A stretch of 64,000 nt of DNA, taken from contig CBDUYM010000013.1 of NCBI GenBank assembly GCA_965371465.1, positions 14,526 through 78,525 of the forward strand, read 5' to 3'. Made by a program: the position numbers and the translations under genes. Below the pieces are notes generated by a model. It saw nothing but the letters and a program-made list of their open reading frames with translations. It had not been told where the DNA came from and ran no database searches. Below, one piece after another: positions 9,018 to 19,669 of the stretch (positions within the stretch are counted from its first letter, which is position 1; the number at the start of each line of letters is the position of its first letter). The DNA is from an uncultured Alphaproteobacteria bacterium (GTDB taxonomy: Bacteria > Pseudomonadota > Alphaproteobacteria > CBDUYM01).

Positions 9018-9800
9018 ATGGATCTCAATCTTGGTGGCAAGAGAGCGTTGGTTACCGGCGGATCAAAGGGTATCGGACGATCTATCGCATTGACCCTCGC
9101 CAAAGAAGGATGCGATCTCCATCTGGCAGCGCGAACCGAAGCCGACCTGAAATCAGTGCGAGACGAAATCGCGGGCATATCCGATGTGAAGGTATCATTG
9201 CAGTCAATCGATATAACCGCGGCCAACAGTGCGGCATCCCTGGCGGCCGCTGTCGGAGATGTCGATATTCTTGTCAACAATGCCGGCGCTATCCCGGGTG
9301 GCACACTGAAAAGCATTGATGAAGACACCTGGCGAACGGGTTGGGAGCTGAAAGTGTTTGGCTACATCAATCTCACGCGGGAAGTTTACGCGGCCATGCG
9401 GGAGCAGGGCGGCGGCGTGATTGTCAACGTCATAGGCACCGGCGGCGAGCGCCCCGACGCAACTTACATTGCCGGGGCCGCTGGCAACGCAGGTCTCATG
9501 GCTTTCACGCGCGCCATGGGCGCCAAAAGCCCCGATCATGGCATCCGCGTCGTCGGCGTGAATCCAGGGCTGACGGTCACAGAAAGACTTGAACGCCAGC
9601 GCCGTATCAACATGGAAGGACGCGGTCTTGATCCTGACAAGTGGATCGAGAGTTTGCCGAAACTACCATTTGGCAGGCCTGGCAGTCCCGAGGAAGTGGC
9701 CGATCTCGTAGCTTTTCTGGCCTCTGATCGCGCAAGCTATATTTCGGGTACAGTTGTGACCATTGATGGCGGTCAGTCATCGAAAGGCGTGCTGGGCTAG
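9018..9800 (+). CDS. SDR-family oxidoreductase (atypical catalytic motif)
   Basis: 260 aa. Rossmann motif GKRALVTGGSKGIGRSIA and NNAG are present. The expected YxxxK region reads TYIAGAAGNAGLMAF, with no Lys at Y+4. The start lies 5 nt after the M14 stop. Confidence 0.8.
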   Translation: MDLNLGGKRALVTGGSKGIGRSIALTLAKEGCDLHLAARTEADLKSVRDEIAGISDVKVSLQSIDITAANSAASLAAAVGDVDILVNNAGAIPGGTLKSIDEDTWRTGWELKVFGYINLTREVYAAMREQGGGVIVNVIGTGGERPDATYIAGAAGNAGLMAFTRAMGAKSPDHGIRVVGVNPGLTVTERLERQRRINMEGRGLDPDKWIESLPKLPFGRPGSPEEVADLVAFLASDRASYISGTVVTIDGGQSSKGVLG

Positions 9801-9828
9801 ACGATTGAACAATCTAACGGGGACAGGA

Positions 9829-12063
9829 ATGATTAGAATCATAGCAGTCATGGCGGGGGTCCTGCTTCTCGCCAGTACGGTGTCCGCCGCAGAAATGCTT
9901 GGCTTCACTGAGGAAGGTGCGGCCGCTGAAGCCGCACTGGAAGCTGAATTCGATGCCGCGGTAAACACTGAGAATCTGGAAGAATGGATGCGCTTCATGT
10001 CGGCCAGACCCCATGCCGTGGGCTCTCCCTACGGCAAGGAAATCGCTGACTTCATAGCCTCGAAGTTTGAAGCCTGGGGATTTGAAACCGAGATTGAAAC
10101 CTTCCACATACTGTTTCCGACGCCCAGGGATCGCATTGTAACGCTACTTGAACCGACTTTCTTTGATGCATCTTTGCAGGAACCGACTCTTGCTGAAGAT
10201 GCAACGTCTGGCCAACGAGACGAGCAGCTGCCAGGATTTCATTTCTTCTCTGTGGATGGCGATGTAACGGCTGAGGTTGTTTACGTCAACTACGGCATCC
10301 CGGCGGACTATGACGAGCTGGAAAAACTTGGCGTCAGTGTCGAAGGTAAAATAGTCATTGCCCGCTACGGCGGATCCTGGCGCGGCATAAAGCCAAAACT
10401 TGCCGCTGAAAAGGGCGCCATAGGCTGCATTATCTATTCAGATCCGCGCGACGACGGCTATTTCCGGGGAGATGTCTATCCGGAAGGTGCCTATCGCATG
10501 GCCGATGGTATTCAGCGGGGATCGGTCATGGATATGCCGACCTATCCCGGCGATGTCCTGACGCCAAACATTGGCGCCACTGAAGATGCTGTTCGCATTG
10601 ATCAGGCCGACGCGCCAACAATTACAAAAATTCCGGTGCTGCCCATTTCCTATAGTGATGCAGAACCCATTCTTGCAGCTTTGGCTGGACCCATGGCACC
10701 TGAAGCCTGGCGAGGGGCTTTACCGCTGACCTATCATGTCGGGCCTGGTCCGGCGAAAGTCCGCCTCAAAGTGAGCGCCGACTGGGATTTGGTGCCGGCC
10801 TATGATGTCGTTGCCAAATTGAGGGGGAGCGTCTGGCCGGATCAATGGGTGATCCGTGGCAATCATCACGATGCATGGGTCAACGGCGCGGCAGATCCTG
10901 TCTCCGGCATGGTTGCCCTGATGGAAGAGGCGCGAATCGTAGGTCAATTGGCGGCAAACGGCCAGGGACCGAAGCGCACGATCGTTTATGTCGCCTGGGA
11001 CGCGGAGGAGCCTGGCCTGATCGGGTCCACCGAATGGGTGGAACAGCATGCCGTTGAGCTCACGGAAAAAGCTGCGCTCTACATAAATACTGACGGCTCC
11101 GGGCGCGGTTTCCTGGGTGCGGCTGGCTCCCACAGCCTGGAAACGCTGATCAACGAAGTGGCGGCGTCAGTCACCGACCCGCAATCCGGTGTTACAGTGC
11201 TGAAACGGCGCCAGGCTCGTGCGGCGGTCACTTCTACGGGCAAAGATCGCACCGAGGCGCTCGAAAAGGATCACATGCGTATTGGTGCGCTTGGTTCCGG
11301 TTCTGATTACACGCCATTTCTCCAGCACCTCGGTATCGCCTCCCTGAATCTGGGTTACGGCGGCGAAAATCGCGGCGGATCCTATCACTCAATTTTCGAC
11401 AGCTTCGATCACTACACGCGCTTCGGGGATCCGGGCTTCGTATATGGCGGGACACTTGTTCAGACAGCGGGACGCATTACGTTACGCGTGGCAAATGCCG
11501 ATATATTGCCATGGGACTTTGAGACAGCCTCGGATACCATCGGTCGCTATGTCACGGAACTGGTGGAACTTGCAGATAAAATGAGAAAGGAAACGGCTGA
11601 GGAAAATCAGCTGATCGAGGATGGCCACTATTCTGCCTGGGCCGACCCGACCCGACCGTTCGTGGTGCCAACGCCAGATGTGGAGGTCCCGCATCTTAAT
11701 TTCGCGCCGCTCCAGAATGCTGAAGCAGAGCTCAAGCAAAGCGCCGAACGATATCAGGCGGCGTATGCAGCGCGGCCTGTTCTCAACGCAATGGCACTTA
11801 CTGTATTGAACGAGATTTTGCTTGCCAGCGAACATGCGCTGACAAATGCCAGGGGCCTGAAAGGCCGGCCCTGGTATATCCATCACATCTATGCGCCCGG
11901 TTTCTACACAGGCTACGGGGTCAAGACCATCCCAGGTGTCCGCGAGGCAATTGAGCAGCGCATCTGGGATGAGGTTGAAGGCGAAATCGTCGTTGCAGCA
12001 GAGGTGATCAGGGCCTACGCCAAGGTCATTGATCAGGCCAGCGCTGTACTCGAAGGCGAATAG
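9829..12063 (+). CDS. secreted M28-family peptidase, glutamate carboxypeptidase II (PSMA/NAALADase)-like with PA and transferrin-receptor-like dimerisation domains
   Basis: ATG 9829 has GGGGACAGGA upstream. The signal is MIRIIAVMAGVLLLASTVSAAE. Motifs RGNHHDAWVNGAADPVSG, VAWDAEEPGLIGSTEWVE and GSGSDYTPF parallel the zinc-ligand regions of PSMA-like enzymes. Confidence 0.8.
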   Translation: MIRIIAVMAGVLLLASTVSAAEMLGFTEEGAAAEAALEAEFDAAVNTENLEEWMRFMSARPHAVGSPYGKEIADFIASKFEAWGFETEIETFHILFPTPRDRIVTLLEPTFFDASLQEPTLAEDATSGQRDEQLPGFHFFSVDGDVTAEVVYVNYGIPADYDELEKLGVSVEGKIVIARYGGSWRGIKPKLAAEKGAIGCIIYSDPRDDGYFRGDVYPEGAYRMADGIQRGSVMDMPTYPGDVLTPNIGATEDAVRIDQADAPTITKIPVLPISYSDAEPILAALAGPMAPEAWRGALPLTYHVGPGPAKVRLKVSADWDLVPAYDVVAKLRGSVWPDQWVIRGNHHDAWVNGAADPVSGMVALMEEARIVGQLAANGQGPKRTIVYVAWDAEEPGLIGSTEWVEQHAVELTEKAALYINTDGSGRGFLGAAGSHSLETLINEVAASVTDPQSGVTVLKRRQARAAVTSTGKDRTEALEKDHMRIGALGSGSDYTPFLQHLGIASLNLGYGGENRGGSYHSIFDSFDHYTRFGDPGFVYGGTLVQTAGRITLRVANADILPWDFETASDTIGRYVTELVELADKMRKETAEENQLIEDGHYSAWADPTRPFVVPTPDVEVPHLNFAPLQNAEAELKQSAERYQAAYAARPVLNAMALTVLNEILLASEHALTNARGLKGRPWYIHHIYAPGFYTGYGVKTIPGVREAIEQRIWDEVEGEIVVAAEVIRAYAKVIDQASAVLEGE

Positions 12064-12066
12064 ACT

Positions 12067-14020
<1,954 letters not shown>

Positions 14021-14277
14021 TCTGCAGAATGTCGAGCCCAATACCGCAGTTTCATTGACGTTCAGCGCGTGCATTCCAGGCTCGGGGTGCAAGTTGAAAT
14101 GCGCGGTCCGATTAAATATCCTCTCCGCCAAGGGCAGGGAGGGAAGTCATGGTGCCTACACCGGACCATCCCTTCTATTTGAAGAAAAATCATCGCTCGA
14201 ACTGAATTTCCGGCCTGGCGTTGGGCAGGTCCATGAGGAATTCGTCCTGGCGATGACATGAAGGAACGAACAACACT

Positions 14278-15915
14278 ATGAGTGACGCGAAGCTACCCCC
14301 AGAAATGGAAGAACGCATCAACGCCATGCAGACAGGCATGACGATTGCACTGCATGCACGCCGGGCACCAGATCGCATGGCCATGACTTCGGATGCCGGT
14401 GACCGGACGTTCGGCGAAATGAATGCAAATGCCAACAGGCTGGTCAGAGCGCTTCGCAAGCGCGGCATCAAAAGCGAGGACGGGCTGGCGCTTCTGTGCA
14501 GCAATCGGCCCGAGTTTCTGGAGACCCATACGGCATGTATGCGCGGTGGAATCAGGTTGACGCCGGTAAACTGGCACCTCGATAGAGAAGCTGTGAGTTA
14601 CGTCACAGACGATTGCGAAGCAAAAGTGATTGTCGCCGACGTAAGGTTTGCCGACGCCGCAGTCGAAGCCGCCAGGAATGCGAGCGCGATCACAGTGAAA
14701 ATCGCCGTCGGTGGCGAGATTCCCGGTTTTGAAAATTGGCAGGACGTCATTGAAGGCGAGGATGGAACCGACATTGATGACCCGGTGCGCGGCAGCCAGA
14801 TGCTTTATACCTCCGGCACGACCGGGCGTCCAAAGGGTGTCTACAGAAAGCCCGCCGAGGAAGCCCGCGCAACGGCGACGCAGGCGCGTGCGGCTGCACG
14901 CCAGGCTGGTGCCGGTGGCGGCGGGGGCTTCGGTGGCGCCGCTGCCTACGATCCGGAAACCAGTGTTTCTTTGCTGACCGGACCGCTTTACCATGCAGCA
15001 CCCTTGTCGATAAACGCACTTGGTCCCCTCAATCAGGGTGTCGGCCTGGTGCTGATGGATCGCTGGGACCCGGAAGAAACTCTCAAGCTGATTGAGAAAC
15101 ACAGGATTACGCACACGCATATGGTCGCGACCATGTTTCACCGGCTTTTGAAGCTGCCGGATGAGGTGCGCAATAAATACGACGTTTCCAGCATGATCTA
15201 CATCATCCATGGCGCGGCGCCTTGCCCGCCTCACGTGAAGAAGGCGATGATCGACTGGTTCGGCATGGTGGTCTACGAGTACTTCGCGGCGACCGAAGGC
15301 GGCGGTGGATACTTCCTGACGCCCGAGGAAGCACTCGCCAAACCGGGCAGCGTCGGCAAATCACCGGATCCTGAATCTTCCAGGATTCTGAATGAAGCTG
15401 GCGACGAACTGCCTGCCGGTGAGACAGGTCTGATTTATTTCAAGGCGCCGGACACCGGACGGTTCGAGTATTTCAAGGCGTCAGCAAAAACCAGTGATGC
15501 CTATCGGGGCGATTATTTCACGCTCGGCGATATGGGATACATGGACGAGGACGGTTATCTTTTTCTCACCGGCCGGAACGCTGAAACCATCATCTCGGGC
15601 GGCGTCAATGTCTATCCTCAGGCGACCGATGATGTGCTCTTACAGCATCCCGCAGTTTTGGATGTCTGCACCATCGGTGTGCCCAATGAAGAGTGGGGTG
15701 AAGAGGTCAAGTCCGTCGTTCAGCTCCATCCCGGCACGGACGGTTCAGACGAACTTGCCGAAGAGCTGATCGAATTTGCCAAGGTGCGTCTTGCCGGGTT
15801 CCAATGCCCTCGATCTGTTGATTTCGCGGAGGATCTGCCGCGCCTGCCAGCGGGTAAGATTGTCCGCCACAAAGTGCGTGCGCCCTATTGGGAAGGCCGC
15901 AAAACCTCGATCTGA
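14278..15915 (+). CDS. AMP-dependent acyl-CoA synthetase/ligase (paralogue 1)
   Basis: 545 aa. AMP-binding P-loop YTSGTTGRPKGV is present, followed later by YFATEGGG, GDMGYMDEDGYLFLTGR and PAGKIVRHKVR. A Gly/Ala-rich insertion follows the P-loop. Confidence 0.85.
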   Translation: MSDAKLPPEMEERINAMQTGMTIALHARRAPDRMAMTSDAGDRTFGEMNANANRLVRALRKRGIKSEDGLALLCSNRPEFLETHTACMRGGIRLTPVNWHLDREAVSYVTDDCEAKVIVADVRFADAAVEAARNASAITVKIAVGGEIPGFENWQDVIEGEDGTDIDDPVRGSQMLYTSGTTGRPKGVYRKPAEEARATATQARAAARQAGAGGGGGFGGAAAYDPETSVSLLTGPLYHAAPLSINALGPLNQGVGLVLMDRWDPEETLKLIEKHRITHTHMVATMFHRLLKLPDEVRNKYDVSSMIYIIHGAAPCPPHVKKAMIDWFGMVVYEYFAATEGGGGYFLTPEEALAKPGSVGKSPDPESSRILNEAGDELPAGETGLIYFKAPDTGRFEYFKASAKTSDAYRGDYFTLGDMGYMDEDGYLFLTGRNAETIISGGVNVYPQATDDVLLQHPAVLDVCTIGVPNEEWGEEVKSVVQLHPGTDGSDELAEELIEFAKVRLAGFQCPRSVDFAEDLPRLPAGKIVRHKVRAPYWEGRKTSI

Positions 15916-16004
15916 TCTTGATCCGAACGGGGTGCAATCCCCGTCCGCCTTCGCTATAGTCCCTCCAAACAAATCAAAATCTTGGTGGGGACTTGGTAGG
16001 GACT

Positions 16005-17687
16005 ATGAGCGAAGCAGAACAACTGACACCTATGGAAATGGCCGGTCGCGGAATGTTGGCGGCGGTGCATGCGATGATGCAGCCCGATAAGATGGCGATC
16101 ATTTCTGAACACGGCAACCGGACTTTTGCTGAACTGAACACGGCGTCAAACAAGCTTGTCCGGGCGCTCAGGGCAAAAGGCATGCAGGATGGCGATGCCA
16201 TCGCCCTTCTTTGCAAGAACCGTCCGGAATTTGTCGAGGCGCTCAATGCCGCAAGCCGGGCAGGCTGGCGGCTGACTCCCATCAACTGGCACCTGACGCC
16301 CGATGAAGTCACCTACATTGTCGATAACTGCGAAGCCAAGGTCTTCCTCTGCGATGCCGATTTACCAGAATCCGGCAAGGCCGGGCTGGCGGCATCAGCA
16401 GCTTGCGAACTGGGTGTTTCTATCGCCGGGGACATAGAGGGATTCGCCAATTACGACGAACTGGTCGCCAACGAAGACGGTGAAAATATCACCGATCCGA
16501 CACCGGGTGGCCAGATGCTCTACACGTCCGGCACGACCGGAAACCCTAAGGGCGTTTACAGGCGCCCCGAAGCTCCCGCCGACGAAGAAGGCGGTGGCGC
16601 TTCGCGAAATCCCATGGCGGCCCTTGCCGCCGCAGCGGCCGGAAGCGAAGAGAGCGACGGCGACGAAGAAGATCAGGGTGCCTCTGGATCGGGCATGTTC
16701 TATATCGAAACCGCGAAATTCAATGCTGCCACTGACCGATCGCTCGTTACGGGCCCGCTCTATCACGCGGCACCTCTGGCGCTCAATTTGCAGATCCCCA
16801 TGGCCATGGGGATCGGCTGCGTGCTGATGGATAAGTGGGATGCCGAAGAAACCATGCGGCTGGTGGATGAATACAAAATTACGCACACACACATGGTTTC
16901 AACCATGTTCCAGCGCATCCTTGCGCTGCCTGAGGAGACCAAGGCGAAATACGACCTGTCGTCGTTACGCTGGATACTGCATGGTGCCGCCCCCACGCCG
17001 GTCCATGTGAAACAGGCCCTGATCGACTGGCTTGGCCCTGTAGTCTACGAATACTACGCCGCCACGGAAGGCGGTGGCGTCTTCAATACTTCAGAAGAAT
17101 GGGTCAAGAAACCAGGCACAGTGGGCAAGCCCAATGCCGGGAACCCGGTCAAGATTTTCGATGATGATGGCAATGAAGTTGCCCAGGGAGAGGTTGGCAC
17201 GATCTATTTCAAGGCACCCGATGCCGGTCGTTTCGAGTACTTCAAGGACAAGAAAAAGACCGACGGCGCCTATCATGACGATCACTTTACCATGGGCGAC
17301 ATGGGTTACATCGACGAAGATGGATACCTCTTCCTGACGGGTCGCGACGCCGAGACAATCATTTCCGGCGGCGTCAACATCTATCCCCAGGAAACCGACA
17401 GCATCATCATGCAGCACGAGGCTGTGCATGAGGTTTGCACCATTGGCATTCCGAGCGAGGAGTGGGGCGAAGAGGTCAGAACTGTCGTCCAGCTTGCTGA
17501 AGGCCACGAGCCCTCTGACAAGCTTGCTGAAGAAATCATTACATTCGCTCGAGATCGCCTGCCGGCGTACAAGTGCCCGCGCAGTATCGATTTCACGAGT
17601 GAGGATCTTCCGCGCTTGCCCACCGGCAAAATCCAGCGCCGCGTCGTCCGGGAACCCTATTGGGAAGGTCGTGCTACGCAGATCTGA
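16005..17687 (+). CDS. AMP-dependent acyl-CoA synthetase/ligase (paralogue 2)
   Basis: Same motif order as the upstream gene: YTSGTTGNPKGV, YYAATEGGG, GDMGYIDEDGYLFLTGR, PTGKIQRRVVR. ATG 16005 is preferred over TTG 15993. An acidic insertion sits at the same place as the Gly-rich insertion of paralogue 1. Confidence 0.85.
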   Translation: MSEAEQLTPMEMAGRGMLAAVHAMMQPDKMAIISEHGNRTFAELNTASNKLVRALRAKGMQDGDAIALLCKNRPEFVEALNAASRAGWRLTPINWHLTPDEVTYIVDNCEAKVFLCDADLPESGKAGLAASAACELGVSIAGDIEGFANYDELVANEDGENITDPTPGGQMLYTSGTTGNPKGVYRRPEAPADEEGGGASRNPMAALAAAAAGSEESDGDEEDQGASGSGMFYIETAKFNAATDRSLVTGPLYHAAPLALNLQIPMAMGIGCVLMDKWDAEETMRLVDEYKITHTHMVSTMFQRILALPEETKAKYDLSSLRWILHGAAPTPVHVKQALIDWLGPVVYEYYAATEGGGVFNTSEEWVKKPGTVGKPNAGNPVKIFDDDGNEVAQGEVGTIYFKAPDAGRFEYFKDKKKTDGAYHDDHFTMGDMGYIDEDGYLFLTGRDAETIISGGVNIYPQETDSIIMQHEAVHEVCTIGIPSEEWGEEVRTVVQLAEGHEPSDKLAEEIITFARDRLPAYKCPRSIDFTSEDLPRLPTGKIQRRVVREPYWEGRATQI

Positions 17688-18213
17688 GAGCTTCGGCGAG
17701 CGCGAAAACATGATCATCGTCGGCGCCCATAGCTGCCAGGGCAGCGGCGAGCTCGAATACATAATCACGATTGTGGCCGCTTGGGCCTTCTGATCTCGAC
17801 ACCTGACGGGCGATGTCGTCCAGGCCGGCGTGGCCGAGGTAGTTTGGATTTTCAGGCGTCGCAATATAGAAAAGCGCGGTCGGTTTCAGTGCAGGTTCTT
17901 CAGGGAAATGGAGAGGCACACTCTCACGTTCGTACCCGCCACGTTCGCGATGATCTAGTGTTGCGAGCACATCTTCGCGGTCATCGGCATGAACTTCATA
18001 GGCCATGCCCCAGCAAACAGAAGCTGCGTCCGCTACCAGCGTGACCACGCGGCCCGGCGCTCCGGGAACGCCCCGATGATCCGTTGAGCCCTGCCAGAAG
18101 ACCCGCCGCCACCCGTGAACCAGCGCAGGCCTGGCCTGAAGGCTTGGGAAAGCGGGCCGCCATACAAGCGAGCCGTAGCCGAATATCCAGATATTCTGCG
18201 AGGAAACTTCCAC
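17674..18213 (-). CDS. chaC: ChaC-family glutathione-specific gamma-glutamylcyclotransferase
   Basis: The IWIFGYGSLVWRPAF...HGWRRVFWQGSTDHRGVPGAPGRVVTL pattern matches ChaC. GTG 18213 lies 4 nt after the gltD stop. The alternative ATG 18255 would overlap gltD, and the track start 18420 lies inside gltD. The start is uncertain. Confidence 0.8.
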   Translation of the reverse strand: MEVSSQNIWIFGYGSLVWRPAFPSLQARPALVHGWRRVFWQGSTDHRGVPGAPGRVVTLVADAASVCWGMAYEVHADDREDVLATLDHRERGGYERESVPLHFPEEPALKPTALFYIATPENPNYLGHAGLDDIARQVSRSEGPSGHNRDYVFELAAALAAMGADDDHVFALAEALRSA

Positions 18214-18217
18214 GCCC

Positions 18218-19669
18218 TTAGCGCGGCAGATTCGAGCTGCCCATGAGGAAGGCATCAACAGAACGCGCGCATTGGCGGCCTTCGCGGATGGCCCAGACCA
18301 CCCATGACTGGCCGCGCCGCATATCACCGGCTGCAAAAACCTTGTCAATGCTGGTGTTGTAATCTTCCTCGTCCGCGAGCACATTGCCGCGTGGATCAAG
18401 CTCGACACCGGACTGTTCAATCATGCCTTCATGAATCGGATGCAGAAAACCCATGGCAAGAAGGACGAGATCAGCGGGCAATTCATATTCACTGCCTTCA
18501 ATCTCACGCATCCCTGGTCGGCCATCTTCGCCCGGCATCCATTCAACACGGGCAAGCCTGATGGACTTCAGTTTACCGTTCTCCTGCACGAATTCTTTCG
18601 TTGTGATGCTCCAGTCTCGTTCGGTGCCTTCCTCATGGGAAGATGAAGTTCTCAGCTTCTCGGTCGGTGCCGGAAAATCGGGCCAGGTCATCAGCTTGTC
18701 TTCGTGAAGCGGAGGCTTGTCGAGAATTTCGATCTGCGTTATGGAACGCGCCCCGTGCCGGTTTGATGTGCCAACGCAATCAGACCCGGTATCGCCGCCG
18801 CCAATGACTATCACGTGCTTGTCAGTAGCGAGAAGCGCCTCTTCCGGCGGAATGTCATCGCCCGCGACACGTTTGTTGTTCTGGCGCAGGAAATCCATGG
18901 CGAACTGAACGCCATCGGTGTCGCGGCCGGTCGCTGGCAGATCGCGGGGGGCTTCCGAGCCGCCTGACATCACGATTGCGTCAAAATCTTTCAGAAGCTC
19001 ATCAAATTCAATGTCCACACCGACATTGACATTGGGCCGGAAAATGACGCCTTCGGCAGACATCTGCTGCATCCGCTTGTCGACAAGCACTTTGTCGAGC
19101 TTGAAATCAGGGATGCCGTATCGAATGAGTCCGCCGATGCGGTCATGCTTTTCAAAAAGGACAACGCTGTGACCTGCGCGGGCAAGTTGCTGGCTGGCGG
19201 CCATGCCGGCCGGGCCGGAACCGACGACCGCCACACGTTTGCCACTCCGCTCCTTCGGAATCTGTGGCAGGATCCAGCCTTCTCGCCAACCCCGGTCAAC
19301 GATTTCGCATTCGATCGTCTTGATGGTTACTGGTTTCTCAATGAGATTCAGAGTGCAGGCGGATTCACAAGGGGCCGGGCAGACGCGGCCGGTGAATTCA
19401 GGAAAGTTATTGGTCGAGTGAAGCACATCAAGAGCGTCCCGCCACTGATCCCGGTAAACCAGATCATTCCATTCAGGGATGATGTTGTTGACTGGGCAGC
19501 CTTCATGACAATAGGGAATGCCGCAATCCATACAGCGTGCGCCCTGGGCCCGCATCTCCTCGTTGCCGAGAGGGACATAGAATTCCTTATAGTTCCGCAC
19601 GCGCTCATCGACCGGCAGGTAGCCGCGCTCAATGCGATCCGTCTCCAGAAAACCGGTTGGCTTACCCAT
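18218..19669 (-). CDS. gltD: glutamate synthase (NADPH) small subunit
   Basis: [30 protein letters not shown] is a typical GltD N-terminus. 4Fe-4S cysteines and the [18 protein letters not shown] dinucleotide fold are present. ATG 19669 overlaps the gltB stop by 8 nt. Confidence 0.95.
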   Translation of the reverse strand: MGKPTGFLETDRIERGYLPVDERVRNYKEFYVPLGNEEMRAQGARCMDCGIPYCHEGCPVNNIIPEWNDLVYRDQWRDALDVLHSTNNFPEFTGRVCPAPCESACTLNLIEKPVTIKTIECEIVDRGWREGWILPQIPKERSGKRVAVVGSGPAGMAASQQLARAGHSVVLFEKHDRIGGLIRYGIPDFKLDKVLVDKRMQQMSAEGVIFRPNVNVGVDIEFDELLKDFDAIVMSGGSEAPRDLPATGRDTDGVQFAMDFLRQNNKRVAGDDIPPEEALLATDKHVIVIGGGDTGSDCVGTSNRHGARSITQIEILDKPPLHEDKLMTWPDFPAPTEKLRTSSSHEEGTERDWSITTKEFVQENGKLKSIRLARVEWMPGEDGRPGMREIEGSEYELPADLVLLAMGFLHPIHEGMIEQSGVELDPRGNVLADEEDYNTSIDKVFAAGDMRRGQSWVVWAIREGRQCARSVDAFLMGSSNLPR

